Of a stretch of 64,000 nucleotides of DNA, positions 1-10,543 are shown piece by piece. The notes below the pieces were generated by a model that searched no databases, was not told the origin of the DNA, and saw nothing but the letters and a program-made list of their open reading frames with translations. The DNA comes from a candidate division WOR-3 bacterium (GTDB lineage: Bacteria > Hydrothermota > Hydrothermia > LBFQ01). Each line of letters begins with the position of its first letter. The first letter of the stretch is position 1. The stretch is taken from NCBI GenBank assembly GCA_039802605.1, contig JBDRWW010000003.1, positions 32,001 to 96,000 of the forward strand, given 5' to 3'. The position numbers and the translations under genes are program-made.

Positions 1-1
1 G

Positions 2-1033
2 GGTGTTGGGACGCTTTACGATAAAACGCAAAAGGTTTTGGAAGTTGTTAAAAACCTCCCGGATGTTGGAATTAACGAAAACCTTATATTTGTTGCGAAG
101 CATTACCTTTTTGACACCGCAACATCAATGATAGCAGACGGGAAGGAATTTACAAAACTTGAAGGGAAAATAGGCTATTATTATGTCAAGGATATAACCG
201 GAAATGAGAACTTGGCAAGGGCCATATACGATTCCCATCTCCCAAAAGGTAACGAGTTTCCAAAAACCTATGAAGGGCATATAGTTGCCTTAGCGGATAA
301 CATCGTGCAAATAAGGGGATTGTTGGATATGGGTTATAAGTGGACATCTTCAAGGGATCCCCTTGGCATAAGGATGAGCGCTAGAAAACTCATCGCCTTA
401 TTACTTTACGATAACAACGGTATAACCCTTGGGAGAAAACCCTTAAAGGGATTCTTAAAGTTCTTTGACAAACATTCGGATGCGGTGGTTTCCTTAATAG
501 AAGAACTCCTACCAACATCCGTGGAATACCTACAAAGGATTTTTAATTATCCATACTATCCCATTAAGGGGAAATTTACCCAATTAACCTTTAAGGGTGA
601 AAACCTATTCCTTGAATGCGTAAAGGCGAAGGTTTTGGAGGTTATACTCCTGGGGGGGGATGCCGAAAGGTTTATAACGATTACCAAAAGGGTAAAGAAT
701 ATCCTTGAAGCAAAACCTACAAAGTTTTTAAAGGATGAGGGTGGATATGAAAGGTATGAAGAGGCCTTAAAGGATTACCTCTCGCAATTGGAAATTAGCC
801 TATCCAAGGCTTTAAAATGGGAAAACCTTGATAACGAAGGGGTTTTTTCGCTTTGGAATGAATATATGGGAAATTTGATGGGTTTATACGATATTCTTGA
901 CGAATTCTTTTCAAATGTTCCGGTAATGGTGGAGGATGAGGGAAAGAGAAATTACAGGCTAAACCTTTTAAAGAAGGCATACGGTTTAATAGGGGAAGTC
1001 CTAAGGTTTGACAGAGTGGAGGGGTTTATATAA
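2..1033 (+). CDS. glyS: Glycine--tRNA ligase beta subunit, 5'-truncated by window edge
   Basis: Frame is open from base 2 (GVGTLYDK); EFTKLEGKIGYYY, SSRDPLGIR and FFSNVPVMVEDEGKRNYRLNLL match GlyS HD and anticodon-binding domains. Confidence 0.85.
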   Translation, partial: GVGTLYDKTQKVLEVVKNLPDVGINENLIFVAKHYLFDTATSMIADGKEFTKLEGKIGYYYVKDITGNENLARAIYDSHLPKGNEFPKTYEGHIVALADNIVQIRGLLDMGYKWTSSRDPLGIRMSARKLIALLLYDNNGITLGRKPLKGFLKFFDKHSDAVVSLIEELLPTSVEYLQRIFNYPYYPIKGKFTQLTFKGENLFLECVKAKVLEVILLGGDAERFITITKRVKNILEAKPTKFLKDEGGYERYEEALKDYLSQLEISLSKALKWENLDNEGVFSLWNEYMGNLMGLYDILDEFFSNVPVMVEDEGKRNYRLNLLKKAYGLIGEVLRFDRVEGFI

Positions 1034-2450
1034 TTCCCGATTTATCCCTTATAAACCTTTCCGCCATATCCCACTCCTCATATAAAGACAGATTTTTCCT
1101 ATATTGTGGGAGATATTCTTCAAATTCCTCCATTATCTTTTCCCGCTTTCCCGAAACTTTCAAGGCCTTGTAAGAACATAGGAATTCCGCCGATACAAAC
1201 TTTAACATAATATCCGAAAGCTTTAATAGCCTTAAAGTTGCTCCAAAACTCATGGGAACCCAATCTTCCTGATCGTTCCCCGTGGGAATGGATTGGTAAG
1301 AATAAGGCGTTGATAAAACCTTACACTCCGCAAAAAGCGATGCCAACGCCGTTTGCAGCATCATTAAACCCGATTCCTTCCCCGGATTTTCGGAAAGCAT
1401 TAAGGGTAAGCCGGATTTTTCACTTAGCATAAAGAAAACCCTCCTCTCAATCGCCCCCATATACGCCGTTAAAGCCGAAGATAACATATCGGATGCGAAG
1501 GAGATGCTTTGCCCGTGAAAGTTTCCCGTTGAATATATATCCCCATTAACAAAAACGGGATTATCCGAACATCCCTTATAAAGCTCCGAAAACAAACCCT
1601 CGGCGGATTTTATAGCCCTCAAAAGTGGAGAGGCTATTTGTGGAAAACACCTAAAAGAATATGGGTCTTGAACCCTTTCACCGTCTCCTTCGTCTTCTAT
1701 TAAATTCCAAACCTTTTGGGAAACCTCTTTTGCATATTTATCACCCATAATTCCAACCGCATCCGGGTTTAACGGGGATTTTCTGCCCTTTATGGACTTC
1801 CAACTTAAAACAAATACCTCTATGGAAATGTTAAAGGTTTTTTCAATCTTGTACAAAGCCAAGCCCAGGTTTGATAATGAGAAGGAGTACCCGTTTATCA
1901 AAGCCAAGGCCTCACGAGGTTCAAACTCCAAGGGTTCAAGTTTATACATCCTATGGGCTACTATTGAAGGAACCCTATTACCGTTTTTTAAATAAACCCA
2001 CCCTTCACCCATTAGGGTAAGGGCAATATGGGAAAGTGGCGATAAATCCCCGCTTGCACCAACGGAACCAAATTCATAAACCTCTGGTGTTATACCCATG
2101 TTTAAAAATTCCGCCAACCTTTTAACCACAACCGGCCTAACGCCGGAACTCCCGTTGAGTAAATGCCTTAGTCTAACATACATCCCGGCCCTAACAATTG
2201 GTATCGGTAGGGGTTTCCCCGTTGAAACGGCATGACTCCTAACGGTTAAAACCTGAAACTCCCTTAAATCCCTTTCCGATAACCTTATATTCGCAAGGGG
2301 TCCTAAACCCGTGTTATACCCATAAACGGTTTTATCATTTGCGGCATTGTAAAAGGATTTATTCCTCTCCTCAAGAGCGCGGATTTCATCCTCATCTATT
2401 TCCACCGTTTTCCCTTTGGAAATTTCCCACAATTCCTTTATATACGGCAT
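1026..2450 (-). CDS. hutH: Histidine ammonia-lyase (aromatic amino acid lyase family)
   Basis: VYGYNTGLG, MIO-forming GSVGASGDL, VQDPYSFRC, GNFHG, QEDWV motifs. Confidence 0.88.
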   Translation of the reverse strand: MPYIKELWEISKGKTVEIDEDEIRALEERNKSFYNAANDKTVYGYNTGLGPLANIRLSERDLREFQVLTVRSHAVSTGKPLPIPIVRAGMYVRLRHLLNGSSGVRPVVVKRLAEFLNMGITPEVYEFGSVGASGDLSPLSHIALTLMGEGWVYLKNGNRVPSIVAHRMYKLEPLEFEPREALALINGYSFSLSNLGLALYKIEKTFNISIEVFVLSWKSIKGRKSPLNPDAVGIMGDKYAKEVSQKVWNLIEDEGDGERVQDPYSFRCFPQIASPLLRAIKSAEGLFSELYKGCSDNPVFVNGDIYSTGNFHGQSISFASDMLSSALTAYMGAIERRVFFMLSEKSGLPLMLSENPGKESGLMMLQTALASLFAECKVLSTPYSYQSIPTGNDQEDWVPMSFGATLRLLKLSDIMLKFVSAEFLCSYKALKVSGKREKIMEEFEEYLPQYRKNLSLYEEWDMAERFIRDKSGII

Positions 2451-2456
2451 AAACGG

Positions 2457-3803
2457 TTATTCTAAACCCGTATAAACCCATATACTCCCATCCCCACCTT
2501 CAAAAAGCAACCTCAATTTGAGTCTTTTGACCAAATAATCCTTATCGGGCAAATAGCCCCTGTGAATCCCGTTAATCCAAACTATAACCCCATTTCTCTT
2601 GGCCATGGTATCCCTTAAAGCCTCAATTTCTTCATAGAAATTCGGGTTTTTTCTCGCATTGTGCGGTTCGTAAATCCTCGGAATAAATTCCGCATAAATT
2701 CCGGTTCTATACCATATAAAATCCGGGGCGTTTGAATAAACATACCTTTCCTTTAAACCTTTTAACATTTCCACAAATTTCGGATCGGAAAACCTTATAG
2801 AGTTATACCCCTCAACCCTGTAATGCCTCATATCCCTTATGTATCCGTATGCAATCGGTGATAGTATTGACAAAAATAGAAAATTCCCAAAACGGCTAAC
2901 CGCCAAAATTATAAGGATAAACGATAAGAAGTAAATGGGTGAAAGTATCCTAAGGTTTGGGGTTGTTGAATGGTCGTAAAATGTTATGCTTGCCGTTAAG
3001 AGGAGACCATAGGATGATACGAGGAGGGTTAAAGGTTTAGTAATCTTTAACCTTTTTGAAACCAAAATTGCAAAAACCATAACAAAGGTGAATATTGCGA
3101 TTTTTAATTCCACACTTTCCGGATACCAAAGCCAATTTATGCCAAAAAATCCGTATAAAGTTTCGGAAAATACCCGCAGGTGTTCGGAGTTTGGTGGATG
3201 ATATGCTATATCCCTCCAAGATAAAGCGTTTGTAAGCATATTTCTGACCTTCCAAAATATAAAGGGCAGCGTTGATAGCACCAAAATTATCGGCTTTTCC
3301 GCCATAACCCAAGAGAATATTCCGCTGTACCTTATAATGGGCATTGCCCCCGTCAAGAAGGTTAGAGGTATCAACCTACCCTTAATCCAGAAGTATATGG
3401 TTAGGAGTAAAATGGGCACAAAAAGGGCTTCACTCCATAAATGCGTGAATACATTTATATAAACGGGTGATAAACTAACCACCAAAACGCCTATATATGC
3501 CTTTATGCCCTTCAATTTTCCCGCTTCAAGGATTTTTAGGATTATAACATTTGTGATAAAGGCCAAAATGGGATTTGCAACTTTTGGATTTAAAAACGAT
3601 ATAAAAAGGGGATAACCCCAAGGCCAGTGTTCTATGGGGATTCTCTTTCCGCAACCCGCATAAATGCATACACAGAACGAATTCCTTATATTTTCCGCCA
3701 TCTGTAAGTATGCTACGGAATCCCCCATTGAGATCCCCAAACCATCCCTTGCGATGAAGTATATAATCGCTGCTGGGCCTATAAGCAATAAAATAAAGGG
3801 CAA
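2457..3803 (-). CDS. Polytopic membrane protein, GT-C/ArnT-PMT-like glycosyltransferase
   Basis: Many TM segments; DSVAY, WPWGYPLF, WSEALF motifs; TTG start. Confidence 0.5.
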   Translation of the reverse strand: MPFILLLIGPAAIIYFIARDGLGISMGDSVAYLQMAENIRNSFCVCIYAGCGKRIPIEHWPWGYPLFISFLNPKVANPILAFITNVIILKILEAGKLKGIKAYIGVLVVSLSPVYINVFTHLWSEALFVPILLLTIYFWIKGRLIPLTFLTGAMPIIRYSGIFSWVMAEKPIILVLSTLPFIFWKVRNMLTNALSWRDIAYHPPNSEHLRVFSETLYGFFGINWLWYPESVELKIAIFTFVMVFAILVSKRLKITKPLTLLVSSYGLLLTASITFYDHSTTPNLRILSPIYFLSFILIILAVSRFGNFLFLSILSPIAYGYIRDMRHYRVEGYNSIRFSDPKFVEMLKGLKERYVYSNAPDFIWYRTGIYAEFIPRIYEPHNARKNPNFYEEIEALRDTMAKRNGVIVWINGIHRGYLPDKDYLVKRLKLRLLFEGGDGSIWVYTGLE

Positions 3804-3848
3804 GTAAGATATTATAAAATCGTTTCAGCCTTAAAATACCCACTTGAT

Positions 3849-3933
<85 letters not shown>

Positions 3934-3935
3934 TT

Positions 3936-4763
3936 ATAAAAATCCGTAAATCCCTAAAATTCTTAATAGCAATTGTGGGCTTTTTGTTTGCCTTTTACCC
4001 GATTTTCAAAGGGGGGTTCAAAGGTATAAGTTTTAACCCACTTTTTCTGCTAATTTCTTTTTTCACTCTGATGTTTTCATATGTATTTTTGCCCATAGTT
4101 TGGTTTTTTGTCGCCCGTTCCTTCGGAATACCGATAACATTTAAGGAGAGTGTGGTTTCTTGGTATGTTTCATCCATAGGGAGGTATATACCGGGGAAGG
4201 TTTGGCAATTTGCGGGGAGGGTATCAAGTTTAAACCATCCGGCCGGAAAGGTTGTAAGCGCTATGGTTTATGAACACCTCGTTTTAATGCTTTCCGCCGC
4301 AATGTTTTCGTTTATATATACCAGGTACCCCTTCATTCAGGGTTTCACATTTTTAATCCTTCTCCTTATAACCATAATCTGGGGATATTCTGTAAAGTTC
4401 CTCCAAAGGTTTAACCCCAATCTCTCATATGCCCCAAAAAACGCAAAACTCGTTTTTCTATCCGTTTTGTTTTCCACTATTTACTGGATTTTTTCAAGCC
4501 TATCCGCATATTTTGTTTCTCTAAGTTTGTTCTCAAACTACGGATATAGGTATATAGCATTCGTATTTTCCTTTTCTTTTGTGGCCTCTTATGTTCTACC
4601 CTTAACACCTGCGGGTTTGGGTATAAGGGAGGGTATAATATCCGCTTTAATGGGATATAACATACAATCTTCAACCTTTTCAATCTTAACCCGTTTAGTT
4701 ATTACCGCTGTGGATATTGCGATGCTGATTTTTGCTTTAATTTACAACAGATTCGCCAAATAA
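3936..4763 (+). CDS. Lysylphosphatidylglycerol synthase TM / flippase-like membrane protein (start uncertain, possibly ATA at 3936)
   Basis: RYIPGKVW and TPAGLGIREG motifs; the listed GTG start at 3855 lies inside the tRNA. Confidence 0.7.
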   Translation: MKIRKSLKFLIAIVGFLFAFYPIFKGGFKGISFNPLFLLISFFTLMFSYVFLPIVWFFVARSFGIPITFKESVVSWYVSSIGRYIPGKVWQFAGRVSSLNHPAGKVVSAMVYEHLVLMLSAAMFSFIYTRYPFIQGFTFLILLLITIIWGYSVKFLQRFNPNLSYAPKNAKLVFLSVLFSTIYWIFSSLSAYFVSLSLFSNYGYRYIAFVFSFSFVASYVLPLTPAGLGIREGIISALMGYNIQSSTFSILTRLVITAVDIAMLIFALIYNRFAK

Positions 4764-5602
4764 ACCCCGCCGTATAACGCGGAATGTTCAAGTTTAGCCT
4801 TTAAAACCGGAACCTCCACCTTATACGCAACCTTTCTTTTGAGAATTTCCCGTTTCATAGATTCTTCAAACAGATCGTACGCATTTGATATTCCACCACC
4901 CAAAACGATAACCCCGGGGTCAAATACAGAGATTATATTGGATATGAGAACCCCCAAGTACCTCCCGTATTCATCCCATAGGGTTTTTGCCAAACTCGAA
5001 CCCATTCTGGCCTTATCTTCAAGAACCTTCATATCCGTAGGTGGGTTTTGGCCAAACCTTATAAACACCCTCCTCGCCCTCTCCACAAAATACGCTTCTC
5101 CCAAGAAGCTTTCGGCACAACCAAAAGAACCGCAATTACATGGAGGTCCGTTTATGTCTATGCATATATGTCCGAGTTCTCCGGCAAATCCGTTTTTACC
5201 CCTTAAAAGTTTCCCATCTATAACTACACCCCCTCCCACACCCGTTCCCAAGGTTATACCTACGGCAATCTTATACCCCTTGGCCGCACCGTAATGGTAT
5301 TCACCGAGTATAAAGAGGTTTGCATCGTTTTCAATTATTGGGAAGTATTCCTTAAACTCCTCGTATAAGTTTAAACCCTCCCACCTCGGAAGGTTCGGGG
5401 CGTGTATTACAATGCCGTTTTCCAACATTCCCGCAAAGCCCAAAACGAGCCTATCAAACTTAAAATCCTTCAAAAACTCCCGAAAATCGCTTATGGAATA
5501 CAGGTAATCGGATCTAACAAAACCTTTCTTTTCTAACTCTTCATTGGCAAATAAACCCCACTTAACCCTTGTCCCGCCGAAATCAACGACTAAGGTTTTC
5601 AC
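4742..5602 (-). CDS. ROK family sugar kinase (glucokinase-like)
   Basis: DFGGT, ENDAN, TLGTGVGGG, GELGH and CNCGSFGCAE zinc motif. Confidence 0.9.
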   Translation of the reverse strand: MKTLVVDFGGTRVKWGLFANEELEKKGFVRSDYLYSISDFREFLKDFKFDRLVLGFAGMLENGIVIHAPNLPRWEGLNLYEEFKEYFPIIENDANLFILGEYHYGAAKGYKIAVGITLGTGVGGGVVIDGKLLRGKNGFAGELGHICIDINGPPCNCGSFGCAESFLGEAYFVERARRVFIRFGQNPPTDMKVLEDKARMGSSLAKTLWDEYGRYLGVLISNIISVFDPGVIVLGGGISNAYDLFEESMKREILKRKVAYKVEVPVLKAKLEHSALYGGVYLANLL

Positions 5603-5937
5603 TCTATGAACTCTAAGCGGGAGATTTCCGCCGCATCACCCCTCCTAAAACCCAACCTTATAAACCTCACGCCTTTAACCTTAGGGGCAACCTCCATAAA
5701 GAGTTTATTCACATACTTCCTATCGCCCAAAACCTTGAAAGCCTTACGGCGGTTATGCACGGTATCCTCTTTGGCCAAGGATAGAAGGCGCTCTATTAAA
5801 GACTTCGCAGCCTTTGCCTTGACCGTTGTGGTTGTTATGGCACCGTGATCTATCATTTCCCTTGCCAAGTTCACCAACAATGCCCTCCTATGCTCCCTCT
5901 CCCTTCCGAGTTTTACCCTCTTATCCCTATGCCTCAT
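5599..5937 (-). CDS. rplQ: 50S ribosomal protein L17
   Basis: MRHR..KLGR, ITTTTVKAK, RRGDAA; follows rpoA. Confidence 0.97.
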   Translation of the reverse strand: MRHRDKRVKLGREREHRRALLVNLAREMIDHGAITTTTVKAKAAKSLIERLLSLAKEDTVHNRRKAFKVLGDRKYVNKLFMEVAPKVKGVRFIRLGFRRGDAAEISRLEFIE

Positions 5938-6940
5938 CTTTTAACTCCTCCAATTCCTTCCAATAATCCCTTCCCATTTCAAAACCAAGCCTTTTAACCG
6001 CGGTTTCTATTAGTACAACATCATCCTCCGAAAGCCCGAGTTCCTCACGCAAATCTTCCGGCTTATACTTTAAGAGTTCTCCGAATACGGTTATACCGGC
6101 CTTTTCTAAGGATTTTACGAGTTTTGAAGGTAGTTCGCTCCTAAGGATTGCCCCAATTGGGTCTTGTAATCTCCTCCTCTTAAACTCCAACTCCTCTTTG
6201 GGTAATAGCACCCTTATGGGCTTTATGGGTTTGTCAAGGACATTCTTCAAAGCCTGAAACTGGGATATGAGTATATCCACGGCTTCAAAGAAAACTTCCG
6301 AAGGCTTTTTTGAGCCATCCGTCCATATCTCCACGAACAACTTTTCCTTATCAAGCTTCCCCCCATATAGGAAATTTTCGGTGTAAAAGTTTGCCCTTAC
6401 AACCGGTGAGAATATTGCGTCCATATATATAATCCCTTCCGTATTTCCAAGGGTTTGCTCCAATATCTCACGGGTTTCATCCTCTAAAAGGTACCCCCTT
6501 CCATAGGCTAAATAAACTTCCCCTATTAGTTCTGCACTCTGATCGGATAATGTTGCTATCACCTGTTCTCCGTTCACAACCTCTATATCATTGGGCAAAT
6601 CCAAATCCTTGCCTTTAACCTCCTGTTCCCCCGTAAATTTCAGCTTTATCGGTACAACATTTTCAAAGGGCTTATTAACCTTAAAACGCAGCTTTTTTAG
6701 GTTTAAGATAATCGTGGGTACATCCTCTATTATTCCGGGGATACCGCTGAATTCGTGTTTTACGCCTTCAAACCTCGCGGCCACTAAGGCGGCACCGGAA
6801 GAGGATAGCATAACCGTCCTTCTAATGGAGTTTCCGAGGGTTATACCAAACCCCTTGGGTAAAGGGGCCATCTCAAACTTGCCGTAATTATCCTCCTCCT
6901 CATAATAAACACCGTTGCTTTTTAAAATATCGTTTAACAT
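5927..6940 (-). CDS. rpoA: RNA polymerase alpha subunit
   Basis: PLPKGFGITLGNSIRR, HEFSGIPGIIED, DAIFSPV, EIWTDGS; located between rpsD and rplQ. Confidence 0.95.
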   Translation of the reverse strand: MLNDILKSNGVYYEEEDNYGKFEMAPLPKGFGITLGNSIRRTVMLSSSGAALVAARFEGVKHEFSGIPGIIEDVPTIILNLKKLRFKVNKPFENVVPIKLKFTGEQEVKGKDLDLPNDIEVVNGEQVIATLSDQSAELIGEVYLAYGRGYLLEDETREILEQTLGNTEGIIYMDAIFSPVVRANFYTENFLYGGKLDKEKLFVEIWTDGSKKPSEVFFEAVDILISQFQALKNVLDKPIKPIRVLLPKEELEFKRRRLQDPIGAILRSELPSKLVKSLEKAGITVFGELLKYKPEDLREELGLSEDDVVLIETAVKRLGFEMGRDYWKELEELKDEA

Positions 6941-6955
6941 TTTCCCCTCCTTTTT

Positions 6956-7582
6956 TTACCTTGAATAGAACTCCACTATGAGCCTCTCGTTTATCGGATG
7001 CGTTATATCCTCCCTTTGCGGTAGTCTTACAACCTCGGCCTTAAGGGAATTCCTATCCACCTTTAACCAAGAGGGAACCGGCCTATTCATTTGCAAAGCA
7101 CCCTTTAACTCGGGGTTATCCTTAAAGTAATCAAAAACTTCTATAACATCCCCAACCTTTACGATATAAGATGGTATATCCACCCTTTGGCCGTTCACCT
7201 TAATATGCCCGTGCCTTACGAATTGTCTCGCCTGCCTCCTGTTTTTCGCGAAGCCGGCCCTGAAAACTACATTATCCAACCTCCTTTCCAACAGGGATAA
7301 GAAGTTCTCTCCGGTGTTTCCGGGCATGTTCTGGGCTATGCGGAAAAACCTCTTAAACTGGGCTTCAAGCATTCCGTACATCCACTTAACCTTTTGCTTT
7401 TCCCTTAACTGCTGACCGTATATTGAGAGTTTTACTTTTTTCTGCGTAGGACCGTGTTGACCCGGAGGATAAGGTCTCCTTTCAAAGGGGCATTTATTGG
7501 TAAAGCATTTCTCCCCTTTTAAGTATAACTTCTCACCAGTTCTCCTGCAAAGCCTGCAAACCGGACCTGTATACCTTGCCAT
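6956..7582 (-). CDS. rpsD: 30S ribosomal protein S4
   Basis: MARYTGPVCRLCRR, LERRLDNVVFR, ARQFVRHGH. Confidence 0.98.
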   Translation of the reverse strand: MARYTGPVCRLCRRTGEKLYLKGEKCFTNKCPFERRPYPPGQHGPTQKKVKLSIYGQQLREKQKVKWMYGMLEAQFKRFFRIAQNMPGNTGENFLSLLERRLDNVVFRAGFAKNRRQARQFVRHGHIKVNGQRVDIPSYIVKVGDVIEVFDYFKDNPELKGALQMNRPVPSWLKVDRNSLKAEVVRLPQREDITHPINERLIVEFYSR

Positions 7583-7583
7583 A

Positions 7584-7964
7584 TTACACCGCCCTCTTCT
7601 TTGGTGGCCTTACCCCGTTATGGGGTATGGGTGTTACATCCTTTATCGCGATGACTTCTAATCCGGATGCAGCAACCGACCTTATGGCCGCCTCGCGACC
7701 CGGCCCGGCACCCTTCACCCTAATCTCTACCCTCTGCATACCCAAAGCCTTAGCCTGTTTGCATGCGGTTTCGGCCGCCTTTGATGCCGCAAATGGTGTG
7801 CTCTTTCTCGTACCCTTGAAGCCAACGGAACCCCCGGATGCCCAGGTTATAACATTCCCCTGTAAATCCGTAACGGTTACAATCGTATTGTTAAATGTTG
7901 ATTGTATATGAACTATGCCCTCTGCCGGCGCCTTCTTAGCTTTCTTCTTTCCCTTATTTGCCAT
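7584..7964 (-). CDS. rpsK: 30S ribosomal protein S11
   Basis: [25 protein letters not shown]. Confidence 0.98.
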   Translation of the reverse strand: MANKGKKKAKKAPAEGIVHIQSTFNNTIVTVTDLQGNVITWASGGSVGFKGTRKSTPFAASKAAETACKQAKALGMQRVEIRVKGAGPGREAAIRSVAASGLEVIAIKDVTPIPHNGVRPPKKRAV

Positions 7965-7976
7965 AACTACCCCCTT

Positions 7977-8354
7977 TTACTGTTGTTTCTTTTTTAACCT
8001 TGCAAATATGTTTCCGCGGGGACCCTTACGAGTCCGCGCGTTATGCCTCGTCCTCTGCCCCCTAACGGGCAATCCCAACTTGTGCCTTATACCGCGATAA
8101 CAATTTATGTCTATAAGCCTTTTGATATTCCTCTGAATCTCGGCTCTCAACGCACCCTCAACCCTGTAATTTTCAACCTCTTGCCTCAACTTTTGAATCT
8201 CCTCTTCCGTTAATTCCCTCGTTCTTTTACGGTAATCAATTCCCGTTTTGGCCAAAATCTTCATAGCCAAAGCCGGCCCTATCCCATAAATGTAGGATAA
8301 GGCTATCCACACCGGCTTATCCCTTGGAATATCAACCCCTGCTATCCTTGCCAT
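7977..8354 (-). CDS. rpsM: 30S ribosomal protein S13
   Basis: [32 protein letters not shown]. Confidence 0.98.
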   Translation of the reverse strand: MARIAGVDIPRDKPVWIALSYIYGIGPALAMKILAKTGIDYRKRTRELTEEEIQKLRQEVENYRVEGALRAEIQRNIKRLIDINCYRGIRHKLGLPVRGQRTRHNARTRKGPRGNIFARLKKKQQ

Positions 8355-8363
8355 TTTTCCCCC

Positions 8364-8480
8364 TTATCCTTGCCTTTGCTTATGTTTTGGATTCCGCGAA
8401 CATATAACATAAACGCGTCCCCGTCTCCGTATAACCTTGCAGTAAGCGCACCTCTTTTTCACCGAAGAATGCACCTTCAT
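8364..8480 (-). CDS. rpmJ: 50S ribosomal protein L36 (Zn-binding type), missing from ORF track
   Basis: Manual translation [38 protein letters not shown]. Confidence 0.97.
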   Translation of the reverse strand: MKVHSSVKKRCAYCKVIRRRGRVYVICSRNPKHKQRQG

Positions 8481-8570
8481 AAGGTGGGTATTATATTGCC
8501 GTTTAATTTTTTATGGGAACATATAAACCAAAATTAACTACATTTATATCATTTTATAGTTTTATTTTCC

Positions 8571-8600
8571 TTGACACGGAAAACCTTTTAGCCTTAGAAT
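8571..8600 (+). promoter_or_regulatory. Sigma70-type promoter TTGACA-18-TAGAAT with AT-rich upstream tract; SD AGGAGGTG at 8611-8618
   Basis: Consensus hexamers read directly from the sequence. Confidence 0.7.
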
Positions 8601-8622
8601 AACATCTGACAGGAGGTGGGAT

Positions 8623-8907
8623 ATGATAATGGTAGTAATAGCGCAAGTGGCAAATCCCTATGGGGTTTCAAGACCCCAAGATGTTATAAGGGTGAATATA
8701 TACGATGAGGCTTTTGCAAACTGCAACAGGTGTGTTGATAACCTGCAAAGGGAGATATACGAATACTTTTCTGGGAGTATAGAGTTTATAGCGTACTCCC
8801 AGTTGAAGAAATCGCTTATGATAAGGTATATAAACCCCATAGATACCGCGAAGTTGGGGGATATAATAAGGAAAGCGGGGGTAAAGGGGTATGAGATACG
8901 CTTTTAA
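8623..8907 (+). CDS. Small CxxC protein, possible HMA/ferredoxin-like fold, short hydrophobic N-terminus
   Basis: Strong SD; ANCNRCV motif; ends ...IIRKAGVKGY as in HMA-like domains. Confidence 0.5.
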   Translation: MIMVVIAQVANPYGVSRPQDVIRVNIYDEAFANCNRCVDNLQREIYEYFSGSIEFIAYSQLKKSLMIRYINPIDTAKLGDIIRKAGVKGYEIRF

Positions 8908-10516
8908 GGTTTTTGCGCTATTGAGCCTTTTGGTTTTGGGGCTTAAAGCCCAAACATGGGCGGGATTAAGCACATACGGGGGTACAAATTACGATCAGAT
9001 GTGGGCCATAGATTTCATGGGAGGTACAACACCCGTTCTTGGAATGTTTACTATATCCTATTCAATAAGTGGGAGCGATGAGGACTATGTTTTGATAACA
9101 CCATCTTGGCAAAAGGTTATAGGGAATACGGGTGGAAGGGATGACTGGATGTATAAGACCCAATGGCTAAACAGTGGAAATATAGTTGTAGGTGGTGCTT
9201 GGTGCAACGATGGGGGCGCTGGTCCTGGTAGTTGTTATGCACCGTTATACGGTTTTGTTGTGGGTTTAAACTCTTCGGGTAATTTTCTGTGGGGTAGGCA
9301 TTTGGATTTTTCAAACCTATGGGGATGCTCTGGGAATACGAATAGACAAACGAGGGTAATGCATGTATCACCGACAAGCGATGGCGGATTTTTGGCGGCG
9401 GGGTTTTTGACATATAATATTGATGATGGTTGGGGAAGCTGTATTACCAACGATGCAGACGGTTTCATAGCCAAGTTTAACTCTACCGCTAATCTTCAAT
9501 GGATAAGGATAGTGGATTGGGCTGCGGATTGGAATATAGCCACTACGGCTTTTGAAACGACGGATGGCAATTATGTCCTTTTGGCTCCGAGTTGGTATGA
9601 GGTAGGGGTTTTAAAGTTTGACCCAAGTGGTAGCCTTATCTGGCAAAGGAGGTATCCGAGGAGTATAGCGACTTCAACGATAACATTTTCTTGGGGGAAG
9701 CTCACAAGCGATGGTGGTTTCATTTTGGCCACCCATATAGCGGGTTCTGGTGATGATGCCCTGTTTATGAAGTTTAATTCATCGGGCAATTTTGTATGCG
9801 CCGCAGTTATATCAACATCTGGTAACGATTACGGTATAGATGTGGTTGAAGGGCCTAACTGGTATTGGATGACTGGGAGTTTGGGTGTAAGCGGCAACGA
9901 TCTGTTTATAGCGAAGATAAGGAAAACCGATTGCAATGTTATAGAGGTTAGGAGATTACTTTCGGGTGCGGATGAACAGGGGAGGAGTATGGATATAAGG
10001 CCCGTTATGGGTATCCCTTATGTTGCGGGATATACAAACAACACCGCTTGGTCTGTCGGAAATTATGACGGTTTGGTTGCGGCGGATTCCGGAGGATTGG
10101 ATACATGCTATTGGAGAAATTATTCTCCAACAATAACCTACCCGACATTTAGCGCATCCGGTTCGTTTACCGTATATTATCCAAGCATGAGCACCAGCGG
10201 TTATACCGTAAGCGTTCAGAACATTTCGGTTGCACGCAGGATAAACTGCGGATTGGATCCTTTGGGTGAAGGGGATGAAGAATTGGGAATGGATGAAAGG
10301 TTTGTTAGTTGCGAGATAAACTATACGGTGATAGGGAATAACCTGAGGTTAAGGGTGAAGTCCGAAAGGGGTGTGGATGTGAAAATATACACGCCAAACG
10401 GCGTTAAGGTTTTCGATGAGGGGTTTGTAAAGTCAGGCGTGTATAACATACCTTTGAGAAGGGGTGTATATTTCTTGAAGGCCGGAGGTAAAACCGAGAA
10501 GATTGTTATCCTGTAA
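8891..10516 (+). CDS. Secreted beta-propeller-like protein with T9SS type A-like C-terminal sorting domain
   Basis: Classical signal peptide ending LKA-Q; repeated TSDGGF/KFDxSGxLxW blades; C-terminus KIYTPNG...GVYFLKAGGKTEKIVIL. Confidence 0.7.
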   Translation: MRYAFKVFALLSLLVLGLKAQTWAGLSTYGGTNYDQMWAIDFMGGTTPVLGMFTISYSISGSDEDYVLITPSWQKVIGNTGGRDDWMYKTQWLNSGNIVVGGAWCNDGGAGPGSCYAPLYGFVVGLNSSGNFLWGRHLDFSNLWGCSGNTNRQTRVMHVSPTSDGGFLAAGFLTYNIDDGWGSCITNDADGFIAKFNSTANLQWIRIVDWAADWNIATTAFETTDGNYVLLAPSWYEVGVLKFDPSGSLIWQRRYPRSIATSTITFSWGKLTSDGGFILATHIAGSGDDALFMKFNSSGNFVCAAVISTSGNDYGIDVVEGPNWYWMTGSLGVSGNDLFIAKIRKTDCNVIEVRRLLSGADEQGRSMDIRPVMGIPYVAGYTNNTAWSVGNYDGLVAADSGGLDTCYWRNYSPTITYPTFSASGSFTVYYPSMSTSGYTVSVQNISVARRINCGLDPLGEGDEELGMDERFVSCEINYTVIGNNLRLRVKSERGVDVKIYTPNGVKVFDEGFVKSGVYNIPLRRGVYFLKAGGKTEKIVIL

Positions 10517-10543
10517 AATTTACATCCTTAAAATTCCCGCCTT

